A stretch of 64,000 nt of DNA, from positions 1-64,000 of the forward strand of contig NW_021835383.1 in the NCBI RefSeq assembly GCF_006345805.1, in the 5' to 3' direction. The position numbers and the translations under genes were made by a program. The first letter of the stretch is position 1. Each line of letters begins with the position of its first letter. Shown here in pieces: positions 37,251 through 51,831 of this stretch. Under the pieces are notes generated by a model. That model searched no databases. It had not been told where the DNA came from and saw only the letters and a list, made by a program, of their open reading frames with translations. Source of the stretch: Octopus sinensis (lineage: Eukaryota).

Positions 37251-37790
37251 GCCTTCTGTAGCTTTTTCACTTTTTACTATTTTCTATATATTCAACCACG
37301 TGCTTTCACAAACCAACTTTCTTATATATATATATTATATATATAATATATTATATATATATATATATATATAATATATATATATATATATGTATATATA
37401 TGTATGTATATATATATATATAAATATTATATGTATACATATATCTATATATATATGTATATTTATGTTTTATATATATATACATATGTATATGTATAGA
37501 ATTTAATATTAAAATATAAATTACAAAGTGGGACAAGGCGCAAAAAAAAAAACACAACAGAGAGACGACACAAAAAACCGACCGGTCACTCGAAGCCTCT
37601 AATCTTCAGTCGGGAACCGGATCATCTTAGTAATTTCGGCTGTTTACATACATACATACAGACAGACATATATATATATATATAAATATATATATATATA
37701 TTATATGTATACATATACACATATATGTATATTTATGTATATATATATACATGTATACCTATGATATGTACATACATACAGATTATATAT

Positions 37791-37849
<59 letters not shown>

Positions 37850-38894
37850 GATATATATATATATTACATAGATATATAGATCAATAAATGGTGGGGTTGT
37901 GTTGACCGCACGTGGAGAAATGATAAGCAAGGAAAAATTGTAAAAAGGCAGAATGCTAAATTGAAAGACAATTTTAATGAAAATGGGTGTATGGAAAAAG
38001 GTTTTGAAAAATTGATAAAATATATATATATATATTAATTCAAACCGGTTTTCGTCATAATGTAACTTTTCAAGAATTGTAAAGAGAAAAATATTTTTTT
38101 AAATGTGAGGAGGGAGAAAAAAGAAAATTACATTGTTTTTTGCAAAAAAATAATAATAAATATATACAAAAATTAAAAAATAGGTACTCCGATACATTGT
38201 AAAGTCTTTGTGTATCTTGAGTTTAATGATTGTTCACGAAAAAATTACCTTGAAGAATTGAGATCCAATGGGATTAAATCCATGTGTTGTTTAATTTAAG
38301 TGGATGGCAAAACAGGAAGTAGTAGTAGTAGTCCAGTTCCTGTGTTGTGAATAAGGGGAGACAACTCTATGGGTTTTAAGCTCTTCAATTTGTGTATATC
38401 AATTTTTTGTAATAAAGGGTGTAATAAACCATTAAATTATAAAATTATCATTTTAGCTTCATTGCATTAACTTTTTATATAATTGTTTGCTAACTTAACA
38501 TTCAGATTTTAACACTTTATTTATATATTTTCTAATTATATAAATTTGCATAAGCCAATTATAATTACATTTCAGATTGTTATGTCATATATAATAAAAA
38601 TGATAGTAATAATAACAACAATAATAATAATGATATTTAAAGAATGTAAGTTTAGCTTGAAGTGATGACTGCATTGTATCCTTATATGTTTGTGTTAGTC
38701 ATCCATGAAGAATGAGGTAGAGAAAAAGAAGTATGATCAACGAGGAGTTTGCATATTAAGATGCGTTTTGAATTTTCAATAAAGAGATTCTCCTTGTTAA
38801 TTCTCTCCTGTGTAGTGATCCGTCTTTACATTAGTAGAAGGGGAATATGTAGAACTTGGGATTTTTGTCTTTAGCGCATGAGTCTATGTGGTCA

Positions 38895-38928
<34 letters not shown>

Positions 38929-38961
38929 TATTTTGTTTATCGACCTGGTATTATTGTAGGA

Positions 38962-39290
38962 GAGCGAAGGCGCGTTATTTTGTGGTCAGGTTATTCAGCT
39001 CATGATCGTTAGGTCGTCATTTCGATACTCGGTGCCGCGTTGTGTTCTTGAGCAAGACATTTTATTTCACGTTGCTCCAGGTCACTCGTCTGGCGTATAT
39101 GTGTAGTAACTGTCTTTCAAAAGTTCAGCTTTGTCACATTCTGTGTCACGTCGAATCCCCATTGAGAACTACGTTAAGGATATGCATGTCTGTGGAGTAC
39201 TCAGCCACTTGCACGCTAATTTCACGAGCAGGCTGTTCCGTTGGCCGGATCAGACAGAACACCCGTCGTCATAACCGGTGCAGCACCATT
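38962..39290 (+). mobile_element. tRNA-derived SINE (family C-type head and core, different 3' part)
   Basis: gaaggcgcg...gtggtcagg...tttcgatactcgg...gtgttcttgagcaagacattttatttcacgttgctccag. Confidence 0.7.
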
Positions 39291-39374
39291 TATCATAATT
39301 ATTTTTAATGAAAGAGGAAGCTGATCTTCGAGATATAAAACCAGAGACCAGCGACTCAAAATTAATACAACTAA

Positions 39375-39560
39375 AATATTCGTTTCTACTCGAGGTACAA
39401 AGCCTGAAATTTTGGGGTGAGTGAGGGGGTGGGGGCGTCGATTAAATACACCCCAGGACGCAACTCATACTTAATTTATCAACACTGAAATGATAAAAGG
39501 CAAAGTCGATCTCGGTAGAATTTGAACTCAGAACTGACAGCTAAAATATTCAAGTGATAC
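39375..39560 (-). mobile_element. SINE family A, degenerate
   Basis: aaaggcaaagtcgatctcggtagaatttgaactcagaac plus short-tail motif gcctgaaatttt. Confidence 0.7.
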
Positions 39561-39904
39561 ATGTAGTTGATTATTGTCGTTCGAAAATAATGCTTCTGGA
39601 TGGGCATGGCTGGGTGCGTTCTATTACAGATATGTTGGATTAAAGCTCGACAGGGTTTCCATAATACACACATATTTCACACGTATATATGCATACATAC
39701 ATATATACATACATACCACAAATATACACATGCATAAATACATACATTTATGTATAAGTATCAACGTGTCTATATGCGAGTGCGTGTGTGCGTGCGGGCG
39801 CGCGTGTATGTGTGTATGTACACACACACACACACACACACAGACATGCATACAGATACTTTCATGCATTTGTGCGAGCATGCATACACCTAAATATATA
39901 CATA

Positions 39905-39943
<39 letters not shown>

Positions 39944-39967
39944 ATATATATATATAATATATATATC

Positions 39968-40003
<36 letters not shown>

Positions 40004-40623
40004 GTATATATGTTATATATATATATATATATATTTATGTAATATATATACATATATATATATATTATAATATATATTAATATATATATGTGGTGTGTTG
40101 TGTGTGTGTGTGTGTGTAGACATACATGTTTACAATAATATATGCAAATATATATCTACCTACACATAGACATACATGCATGTACATACATACAGACACC
40201 CGCATACACACATTCACACATACATCGCTGCGCTGACTCTGCTGGAGAATTCTGAAACGGATGCAAGTGTCTGTGGAATTAGATGCTCTGTCGATTCCGC
40301 CAATTCGTCTTGCACACACACAAACACATTCTAATATGTATATAACACACACACAGAACACACATATATATATACACATATATATATATATATATATATA
40401 TATTGTGGTGTGTGTGGTGTGTTAGTATATATGCTGAATGTGTGTAAATATACATACATATATATATAAATTATATATTTTATATATATATGTATATGTC
40501 TACACACACACACACATATATATATATATGTATGTATGTATACATGCATGAATGTGTGTATAAATATACATACATATATATATATATTATATATCTTATA
40601 TATATATATATATATGTATATGT

Positions 40624-40662
<39 letters not shown>

Positions 40663-41329
40663 TGCATTCGTACTATACTTCTGCACGCCGTGTCACGCTG
40701 ATTCCGCCAAAGGATTACGTCGCGGGTACCCTTGACTGTGGAATTACTCAACCACTTACAGCATGATTCCATGTTTCGTTCATTCGGTTGACAGAACATC
40801 TGGAATCCTCATTCCTCGAAACCGATGCTAGATCCATTCACAAACGTGTCTATGGCTCTCTGTCTGTGATTAGTGTGTATATATATATTAGGTGCATGAG
40901 TATGTGCGCGTGTTTGTATGTGTGTATGTGTGTATGTGTGAAGAAATGCATGTTTGTTTAGGAATGTGTATTTTTAGTTGTGTAATCGCAAAATTCTTTA
41001 AGTTCAAAACTGTTTATGTAACTTATGGTGGAGCGATATAATTTCTGAAGGAATGTGACTAAATCCATCGGTATTTCGTAAGAGAGAAACGCAAGAATTT
41101 GCACCAAAAATATCATTGTGACTCTTGTTTCATTTGTTGTTGATATTTTCATTGTTAATCTTAGGGATGTCAATGTTGGCATTTAACCCTAGGTCGGTAG
41201 TGATGAAGCAGAGCAGTGATCAAAAACATTCAGTTATGACACCTTTGATACCTTCATACTGTCCTTTCTGACTATAATAACAGCCCGTCATCAACTACAT
41301 AAATAAGAATGATTACGAGAATGGAGGTG

Positions 41330-41597
41330 CTGGTCTCTTGCATTCCCAGAAAACGGTTCTGCAATTTCTTGCTGAGAAACCAGCACAAATCATTCGTTGA
41401 TGGTGATCGATTCCGTCCATCAAATCGACGTTGCCTGATCAGGTGCACAGCGTACCACGTTTTAGGTGTCAAAGTGATCGCAAAGCAATGCGAGATGAAG
41501 AGTTTTGCTCAAGACTATAACGTGCTTCTCGATCCGGGAATTGAAACCTCAATCTGAAGATCATAAGTGCAACACTGTAACCACTAAGCCACGTGGC
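41330..41597 (-). mobile_element. tRNA-derived SINE (family C-type head), degenerate
   Basis: Reverse complement begins cacgtggcttagtggttacag...tttcaattcccgg...gtcttgagcaaaactc; another head fragment at 42045-42105. Confidence 0.6.
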
Positions 41598-41598
41598 C

Positions 41599-41890
41599 GA
41601 TTATTAACGATTTCGTTTATTTGCCACGAGGGCGAAGGACGGGAGGGGGGCAATACAAAGGCAGACATAAAGTGTTGGGGGTTTACATATAATGAAATCA
41701 TAAAAAAAGGACAGAAAGAAAGAAAGTGTACACGGCATACTCCGGGAGAGAAGGGGCATATGCATAGCATACAAAGGTAAAAAAAAAGGGGAGGATGATA
41801 GAAATGTGGCCCTCCTGATACTGGAAGACCTCTAGGGATAATAGAGGAACCTCACTGTCTGAGATTTCCCTGAAACCCCGAGAACAAGCT
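41599..41890 (-). mobile_element. Tx1/L1-clade LINE 3' UTR, second copy
   Basis: Reverse complement aligns with 15420-15685 (gggtttcagggaaat...cctagagg...cctttgtatgctatgcatatg...gtggcaa.taaa.gaaatc). Confidence 0.75.
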
Positions 41891-42115
41891 AACAATATAA
41901 CAGCATCAATATCATTCTACATGAGATAAAGCCTCTATGCGGTCGTTCACCCAGCTAGAAATAGCAGCGCTGTAATATAGCAGATTCAATTCCTTTCCAG
42001 TTTCACATTTCCACAGTCCCTGAAGATATGTGAACTGATGTACCTTGCTTAAGAACACAATGCTTCATCCGGGAATCGAATGTTATGACCTTACGATTGT
42101 GAGTACATGTTATGA

Positions 42116-42433
42116 ATTCTTCTTTCTTTTCGCCCTTTTCAAGCCTAGCCAGGCTCATGGGCCCGGTTTCCCGGTTTCTATGGCGTATGTGTTCCCCCCT
42201 GCTGGACGGGACGCCAATCCATCGCAGCGTTACTCAAGAAACAGGAAGAAAGAGTGAGAGAAAGTTGGGGCGAAAGGGTAAAGCAGGGGTCGCCACCACC
42301 TCCTGCCGGAGCCTCGTGAAGTTTCTAGGTGTTTTCGCTCAATAAACACACACAACGCCCGGTCTTGGAATCGAAACCGCGATCCTCTGACCGCGAGTCC
42401 GCTGCCCTAACCACTGGGCCATTGCGCCTCCAC
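42116..42433 (-). mobile_element. tRNA-derived SINE with a V-domain-like segment
   Basis: Head ggaggcgcaatggcccagtggttagg (A box), gtttcgattcc (B box); body has gctgcgatggattggcgtcccgtccagcagggg...catagaaaccggg, which I recall as resembling V-SINE sequence. Confidence 0.65.
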
Positions 42434-42829
42434 ACATGTTTTGAATACAGGATTGTAAATATTTATCTAATTTTCTTTCGGTTTTTTTTTTATTTATTTA
42501 TTTATCTTTTGCTGTTCTTAGGAAACGAAAAAGATAAACATATTCGGGTCTCGGATAATTTCGAGACGTACCTGTACAATTTTACGGTGCATTTGTACCA
42601 TTTCGTGACACACCAATATTAATTTCACTACATGTCTCTATAATTTTTGTAATTATGTAATTCTGGTAATTATATAATATTGGTAACAAATTTGTATAGC
42701 GGTGCACTTGTGCTATTTTTCACCACACGTGAACAATTTCACACATTCACAGACACACGCACACTCGCACGCCTACACAAACACGCACATAAACACATCT
42801 ATATAATTATTTCAGGAACCTGTATAAGT

Positions 42830-43600
42830 ATGCAACATCTATGATTTCACAACACACCTGTGTAATCTCGTGACATATTTGTACAAAGACAAACTTGTAT
42901 TATTTAATGGCATCCTTGTATACTTTCGCAACTCACCTGCACAATTTCATAAATCACCTACATTAGTTTGTAACACACAGGCACGATTTCTCAGCTCATT
43001 TATCTAATTTCTCAACACACCTGTATAGCGGCGTACGTGTACGATTTCATGACGCTCCTGGATTATTTCACAACACACCTGTACAGTTGCATGATACTCG
43101 TGTGTAATATCCGTAACACACCTTTGTCTCGGTGCATCTCTCAGAGCTCATGACACTCGTGTATAATTTCGCAACACACCTATAGAATTTCATAGCACAC
43201 CTCTGGAATTGTTTAACACACTTCTGTTATACATTGACGTACCGGTATAATTTTGCAATACACCTGTGTAGTTTTGCAGTTCATTAGAATTCCGGCATAC
43301 CAGTAATCATTCGGAACACAAATGTGTAATTTCGCAACACACCTATAGAATTTCATAGCACACCTCTGAACACACTTCTGTTATACTTTGACGTACCGGT
43401 ATAATTTCGCAACACACCTATAGAATTTTATAGCAAACCTTTGAAATTGTTCAACCCACTTCTGTTATACTTTGACGTACCGGTATAACTTTGCAATACA
43501 CCTTTACAGGTATGCAGTTCATTAGAATTCCGGCATACCAGTAATCATTCGGAACACAACTGTGTAATTTCGAAACACACCTGCAAAAACGTGCATCAGC
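42830..43600. repeat. Degenerate minisatellite built on taatttcgcaacacacct, with ~163-bp higher-order duplication
   Basis: Blocks 43161-43323, 43324-43398 (partial) and 43399-43562 are near-identical; the motif decays outward. Confidence 0.8.
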
Positions 43601-43750
43601 ATGACTTCAAGAAACCCATGCAAATTTTGCATTTCTCCTGCACAGTTTCACAACAGGACTGTGAACTTTATAACAAATTTTTAGTTTCACGACGTAACTT
43701 CCTAATTTCGAGGCATAAACATGAGTTTCATTGACATTCTATGTTATGTA

Positions 43751-44707
43751 CAGATTGTCCCTAAAGTCTGGTCACATAGGCAAAATGTATATTTCCAAGA
43801 ACTACACGTAAAAAATTCAGCAACTGCAAATATCAACAAATAACAACTCCAAAAAACGATTTCCACTCTTTGTGATGCAGAGGAGAATGCGCTTTGAAAC
43901 GATTTACGTAAACCGGATACAGTAAATCCGCACGGCCGTCAAATTGAACATGCCATCATATTTAATCTGTGGAAATAAAAAAAAATAATAAAAAAAGCAA
44001 CAACATATAATGAGTAAAAAAATATATAGGTAAAATATAATATATAAAATATATATATATAAGGTGTATTATATTGGCACAGGAGTGACTGTGTGGTAAG
44101 AAGCTTGCTTCCCAACCAGATGGTTCTAGGTTCAGTCCCACTGCGTGGCCCCTTGGGCAGGTGTCTTCTACTATAGCTTCAGGCCAACTAAAGCCTTGTG
44201 AGTTGATTTGGTTGACGGAAACTGAAAGAATCCCGTCGTATATATTTATATATAATTTTTTTTTGCTGAACCCTAATTATAAAAAATAATGTTTAAATTT
44301 ACCGTAAATGGTCCTTTTACATACTTGAACACTGCTTGGTAAACTATTAATTACTAATAATTCATTAATTTTATATACTTATTATTATTAGATTATATTA
44401 TATATATATTATATATATATGTTCGTATGTCTCTGTTTGTTCCCTCACCGTCGCTTGACAACCGATGTTTACGTCCCCTGTGACTTAGCGTTTCGGCAAC
44501 AGAAACCGATAGAGTAAGTACTAAGCTTACGAAGAATAACTCCTGGGGTCGATTTGTTCGGATAGAGGCGATGCTCCAGCATGGCCGCAGTCAAATGACT
44601 GAACTAAGTAACAGAAAGAAGAAAGAAAGAATAAAAATATGTATAATATTTAAGCAAGGAATTGTAGTTAATGAGATTTCTTATGACCAAACTTTAGGGA
44701 CACTCTG
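43751..44707. mobile_element. Tc1/mariner-type MITE with TA target duplication, carrying a SINE B insertion
   Basis: TA|CAGATTGTCCCTAAAGTCTGGTCA ... TGACCAAACTTTAGGGACACTCTG|TA (24-bp TIR, 2 mismatches). Confidence 0.8.
44076..44636 (+). mobile_element. SINE family B nested in the MITE
   Basis: ggcacaggagtgactgtgtggtaag...ggttcagtccc...cttgggcaggtgtc, AT-rich internal part, 3' half. Confidence 0.85.
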
Positions 44708-44824
44708 TACTATGCCCCCAATCGTAACTGACAAGATGATTACGCTGGATGGGCATGGTTGGAGGCGTTCTGTTATAGATAAGTTAGATTAAAATTCGAA
44801 AGAGATTCCACAATACACATACCT

Positions 44825-45046
44825 ATTTCTTTACTACCCACAAGGGGTTAAACATAGAGGTGACAAACAAGGACAGACAAACGGATTAAGTCGATTACAT
44901 CGACCCCAATGCGTAACTGGTACTTAATTTATCGACCCCGAAAGGATGAAATCAAAGTCGACCTCGGCGGAATTTGAACTCAGAACGTAACGGCAGACGA
45001 AATACCACAAGGCATTTTGCCCGACACGCTAACGGTTCTGCCAGCT
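44825..45046 (-). mobile_element. SINE family A, long-tail, with target-site duplication
   Basis: caatacacatacct (44811-44824) and caatgcacatacct (45047-45060), 13/14 identical. Confidence 0.88.
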
Positions 45047-45405
45047 CAATGCACATACCTGAGCAGAGATCTGCGTGATTAACCTTCTGCTAGTCCAATG
45101 TATTTTCGTAAATTTTCCCTCATGGTCTATGCTTGTTTACAGACTTTTAGTTAGCCTCTATTTCGTACGTTCTGAGTTATATATGGCTTCCTTTTCATAA
45201 ATCTCAAATTCCTCTTGCGGCTGGAAGAAAAAATAATTCTGAATGTGTATCATATATGAGGCATGGACGCCAGGGGGAAAATGTTTCGGGTATCATATGT
45301 GATACAAAGGACAGGGCAAATGTTAAGGCTCACCTTGGGCTAAAAAATTACCAAAACACAACAACAACCAAAACAATGATAACAACAACAACAACAATAT
45401 TTTAA

Positions 45406-45617
45406 ACTTTTATTTGTTTCAGTCATTTGACTGCGGCCATGCTGGAGCACCGCCTTTAGCCGAGCAAATCGACCCCAGGACTTACTCTTTGGAAGCCTAG
45501 TACTTATTCTATCGGTCTCTTTTGCCGAACCGCTAAGTTATGGGGACGTAACCACACCACCATCGGTTGTCAAGCGATGTTGGGGGGAAAAACACAGACA
45601 CACAAACATACACACAC

Positions 45618-45656
<39 letters not shown>

Positions 45657-45815
45657 CGACATGCTTCTTTCAGTTTCCATCTACCAAATCCCCTCACAAG
45701 GCTTTGGTTGGCCTAAGGCTATAGTAGAAGACAATTGCCCAAGGTGCCACACTGTGGGACTGAACCCAGAACCATGTGATTGGTAAGGAAGCTACTTACC
45801 ACACACCCACTCCTA
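45406..45815 (-). mobile_element. SINE family B
   Basis: All diagnostic segments present in reverse complement, with internal (CA)(TA). Confidence 0.9.
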
Positions 45816-47231
45816 TTCACATCAGAATAAATCACTACAATTAGGCCAGCAACAACAACAACGATGACAACAACAACAACACCAACAACAACAACGAGAA
45901 TAACAATAACAGCAACTAAAATTTAACGACTATGTTTACACAGCAACACCAACGAAAACAATCATACTATGGTGGGTTCGACAAGATGAAGCCAGGAAAA
46001 TTAAACATTGATTATTAATTTTTGAAAAATTAATTAATTAACGCCTTGGTTGATTTTAAAAACACTTGCCTTCTTCATCAGTCGTACGAATTTGTCTGAT
46101 TTTACAGCATTGTTTATCTTGTCTCGTATTAATATCAGCTTTGGCGCTTCTTAAATTTCATCAGCTATTGCCATGGTGATGATGGTGATGATGGTGATGA
46201 TGATGATGATGATGATGATGATTATCATCATTATCATCACCATCAACACCGCCATTACTATCACCTTAACCACCTACTCCTCTACGATTACTGCCACCAC
46301 CACCACCACCATCACCACCACTACCACCACCACCACCACCACCACCACCGCCGCCGCCGCCGCCGCCAACATCTCCACTACCACAACCGCCACCACCATG
46401 TTGGCGACAAAGACGATGACGAAGACGGACGACTACTATCACCACGACCATAATCCTCCCCCTCCTCCTCATCATCACCATCATCACCATAATTGTCATC
46501 ATCATCATCATCATCATCCCTTCAAAAGAGGTTCTAGATTTGGGAAATACGCCCTCTACACACAAATCTTCACTCATTATATAATATATATATATGTGTG
46601 TGTGTGTGTGTGCGTGTGTTTGTGAGTGTGTGTATGTGTGTGCGCGCGTATATATATACATGCACACACATATTTATACGCACATACATAAATACACAAA
46701 CACACGTGCGCGCACACAAACACATACACACACACACACACATATATATATATATGTATATATACATACATATATATGTTTATAAGCATACATATATTCA
46801 TATACACACGACACACACATACACATACACACACCCACGTATATACACACAGACATGCAGACAGGAAATCAGACAAACAGACAGAAGCAAATACACAATT
46901 TTAATATGAGTGAGATATATATTTATCGCTGTCTTTCGATTGCGATTGTTTTAAAATACCTGTTTCCTTTCCTTCGGCAAATAATTGGTATATCGCTGAA
47001 TTTGTCAATGTTATTTGAATTTCTGTCGAGCTAAGGAATGACAGAATTAATCCGCTCCAGCACACTCCCACCCCGATATTACCAACTAGCAACCTCCACT
47101 ATCACCATCATCATCATCATCATCAACATCAGCGATCCCACTATTGATTCTCTAACTTTTAACTTCACGGAGGTTACACAGCACAAAACCAACACTAACA
47201 ACGACAACGATATATAACGTATTTATGTAGG

Positions 47232-47265
<34 letters not shown>

Positions 47266-47348
47266 TGTATGTATGTATGTATGTATGTATGTATGTATGT
47301 ATGTATGTATGTATGTGTGTATGCATGCATGTATGTATGTGTGTCATT

Positions 47349-47843
<495 letters not shown>

Positions 47844-48574
47844 AAGGATAGAAGGACGTTTACAGCACCTAGGTTTTCTCAGGCGGTCACCTGTCTAAAT
47901 AAATTATTCAGTTTATTTCAAGATACCTTTCTAATAGAGAAAGGACCGGTTTCTAACCTAGATCCAAGGCTCCTTTATCGGAATTTCAATATCAACAACA
48001 GGGTATTTTTGTTTGTATGCATGCATGTATGCACGTATGTATGTATGTATGTATATATTTCTGTATGTATGTATGTATTATGTATGTATGTATGTATGTA
48101 TGTATGTATGTATGTATGTATGTGTGTATGTATGTGCAGATTTGTATGTTTTATGTATGTATTCTCATTCATATAGTTGTATATCTAGACATGTCCATAT
48201 ATATTTTAAATTATAAGCTTCTGGAACGTTTTATAGATTTTTACAGTTCCAGTGATGGATTGGATCTGTATGCATGTATGTATGTATGTATGTATGTATG
48301 TATGATGTATGTATGTATGTATGTATGTCACTTTCGAGTATTACTGGTAACATGTAACCCAGTACAACCTGTTGCATGGTTGGGTCGTTGGCGACTAAAC
48401 CGGCAACCCCACCAAGCTGGCTTGGTGAGGTTTACATGTAATGGTTTAATGAATGACCAAACTTAGTTGGTTTCGAACGTTTTTATTTCTGGAGAGAATC
48501 TTCTGTAATTTGTTTATATTCATATGTTAAAGATACTTTTTAATCCACATCATTAACTTTTTGTTAAATTATTG

Positions 48575-48820
48575 TTGTTATTTCCATTCAGAAGAGGTTT
48601 GAACATTCTAACAAAACGTTTTTCTTTTATCTTTCTTCCAACCTCGCTTCTGTTATGTAGGTTGTGGAAAAGATAAATCAGAAGCATTTTCTGACCACAT
48701 GTTCTATATGTTCACCTAATGGAATTTGGCGTACATTAGTATTCCGGATTTGTTGTCAGTGGACTGGTGAGCGTTCCGATAATGCATTCCCTGTCTCTCC
48801 AACATATAGTTCCTCGCAAA
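48575..48820 (-). mobile_element. Penelope-like GIY-YIG C-terminal fragment
   Basis: CEELYVGETGNALSERSPVH*QQIRNTNVRQIPLGEHIE...KEKRFVRMFKPLLN, parallel to the C-terminus at 36731-37018. Confidence 0.8.
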
Positions 48821-48821
48821 A

Positions 48822-49944
48822 GGTCACTCTACCAAAATTCAATTGTCCGTGACGAAATATACTCCTCCGGTATGATTTTACCCACGTCTACAGATTTCAT
48901 ATTTTTTTCCGTCCACATGATTTTGGAGACTGAAGAATAAATGATAATCAGATAATAATCATAATCAGGGTAATGTCCATCGAATATGGTGGGTGGAGTA
49001 TCGTTTCCCATTCAAACTGTTCCAGCTTTTGGAATGTCATCCTCGGTATATGTGGCCAAGCCTCATCCTGATGGAAGAGAACCTTTAGTCTTGAAACCAA
49101 AGATGGTCGTTTTCCTTCTATCTCTGACTTAATCTGCTCAAGCTGCTTGCAGTAGATCTCCTTTGTTATTATTTGGTTTGGGTTTCAAAGTGGACTAAAC
49201 ATTCCATATTCCACCAAATTGATAACAGTACCTTACGTGGGTGAAGGCCTTCTTTAGCCTGGCGTTTCTCCTTTCCCTACCCATTGTCTTCGGCGCTTGA
49301 CATTTTTATAGAGAACCCATTTCTCGCGACCAGTCACTATTCAGCCCAAAAGGAAGGGTTCATTCGTGAGACGTGACAACAAAGAAAAGCGCGATTGGAT
49401 TCGGAAAGTTTGCGAGTAATCCATCGACCCAATTTTCTGACTTTTCGTATGACACGCAGGTGTCTATGAATGGTTGAATGACCAAACTTCTCTGTTAGTT
49501 CCTTAACAGTTACGACGGGTTTTTACGCCGCCAGGGTTTGCAGGATGACCTCGTCGAGCTCTACAGATCATCCAGGACGAGACCAATCTTCTAGGCTCTA
49601 GTTTACGGCTCGGAATTTCTGGATCCACCGTTGACCCTGACTTACGCTTATTGTTCGGTCCGCATATACTGCATTAATATTCCTCGCAACTTCCGTTGTG
49701 TTGTTGCCTTTATTGAACTCATAAAGTAAAATATACCAAATATGCTCCTTTGTCACTTCCGGTATAGCTTTGAAAATGTAACTGTTAAAATCGAACTGCA
49801 CTCTTCAAAACTTGCTCTAAGAATAAGGACAGGGTAAAATTACTACCTGCGTTTATAACAAATGGATGCAGGTAGTTTATCCCGTACGACTGCGACTTTT
49901 AGTTCATGCAATATAGAAAAACCGCATTATTTATGGGATGGCCC
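48822..49944 (-). mobile_element. Decayed mariner (Hsmar1-like), one TIR, 3' end replaced
   Basis: EVTKEHIWYILLYEFNKGNNTTEVARNINAVY, WIQKFR, KVLLSIWWN, DYHLFFSLQNHVDGK; TIR tagggccatcccataaataatgcggttttt at the right end. Confidence 0.85.
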
Positions 49945-50953
49945 TATATATACTATATATATATATATAATATATATATATATATATACATACATGCATG
50001 AACGTAAGCGGCGTGGCCGAAGAAAATGAGAGAGAAATGAAGGGAAGAGAAAAATGAAGAACAAGAAAATAAAAAGGAAAGACGAAAACAAAGAGGGAAA
50101 GTGAGCAGTGAAGGAGAGGGCGAAGAGGAGGAGGAAAAGGAAGAGGAAAAGGAAAAGGAAGAACGGTAGGAAAACGTCATCTTGGAAAATTTGGTGATAA
50201 ATTACTGAACGTCGTTTCCTCCCGATAGGAAATGAAGTCTGAAACAAAACTCCTTCCTTTTGATTGGCATCCAGTTTGTCATATCGATACAGCACTGATT
50301 GTATAACATAAGCACGGCATATCAACAATAGCAGCAGCAGCAGCAGCAGTAGTAGTGGTAGTAGTAGTAGTGGTTGTATTTCAAGCAGTGGTTGTGGTGG
50401 TGGTGGTGGTGGTGGTGGTTGGTGGTTAATGCGTGATTTTTCAATGGAGACGTAAAACAGAAGACGACAGAAGCTGTAAATCATTTTATGGATATTCTAT
50501 GAATGTATGTGCGTGCGTGCCTGCGTGCGTGTATGTGCGTGCGTGCGTGTGTGTGTGTGATTGTGTTTGTGTATGTAAGTGTGTATGCGTGCATATGTAC
50601 GTATGCATGTATTAATGTTATATATATATATATATATATATGTATTTGTGAGTGTGTGCATATACATATTGCATATATATATACACTTATAAGATATGTA
50701 TAATATATCATATATATACATATACATACATACATACATACATACATGTATATATATTATTATTATATATATAATATATAAATATATGTATTTTTGTGTG
50801 TGTATGTTTATGTCTTGTTATGTATATATTTATGCATATAGCTATATGTATGTGTGCGAAATGTGTGAAGATATATATATATGTGTATGTATATGAATAT
50901 ATATGAAATATATAATGTATAATACGCATGTATGTATATACTTACATACAGGC

Positions 50954-50984
<31 letters not shown>

Positions 50985-51657
50985 GATACTACACGCATGT
51001 GTGTGTACATTCCATTGGCTTTCGTCGCCATATCAGATCCAGTGTATCATAATTTATGAGTCTATCTCTGCCATGTCTCATTCTATATATTGCTTCGTGG
51101 TAATATCTGCGACATATAGAAGGCTGGATATCAAGTTCAATTCTCATTAGCATTCGGAGGTGTTAATATATATTAGAAAGCGTAGTATATTAGGCAGTGT
51201 TTGTTGTCATTGTCGACGGTGATGGTCGTGGTGGGAGGCGAGACTGAGATTGAGAGAGTGAATGAGAGAGAGAGAGAGAGAATTAGTGAGAGGTAATGAG
51301 AAAGAGCGATAGGGGTGTTGTTGGGGTGCGTGGGTGTGTGGACAGATTTAATCAATTTATCTGTGGCCAACAGCCAAGATGTAACAAGGTCTATCATTTT
51401 GTGGTCGAGATTAAAGATTTATGAAATGGTGTAAAGCTGTATGTGACTGTGTGTGTGTGTACGTGGGTGTATGTATGTGTATGTGTGTGTGTGCGTGCGT
51501 ATAAAACACTGAAGTACACTTACGTTCCTGCACACGCTAACACAAACACATATACACACACATATTTATTTATATATACACACACATATATATATATATA
51601 TTAATAAAGAACACGTACGTGTGTGCGTGTATGTATATGTATATATATAACTATGTG

Positions 51658-51696
<39 letters not shown>

Positions 51697-51798
51697 GATG
51701 ACAACATTCCATCTAGTTTTATGGACACACATCCTACAAGCATATATACATACATACAAATACATACATATACACAAACATACATAATACATACATAC

Positions 51799-51831
<33 letters not shown>

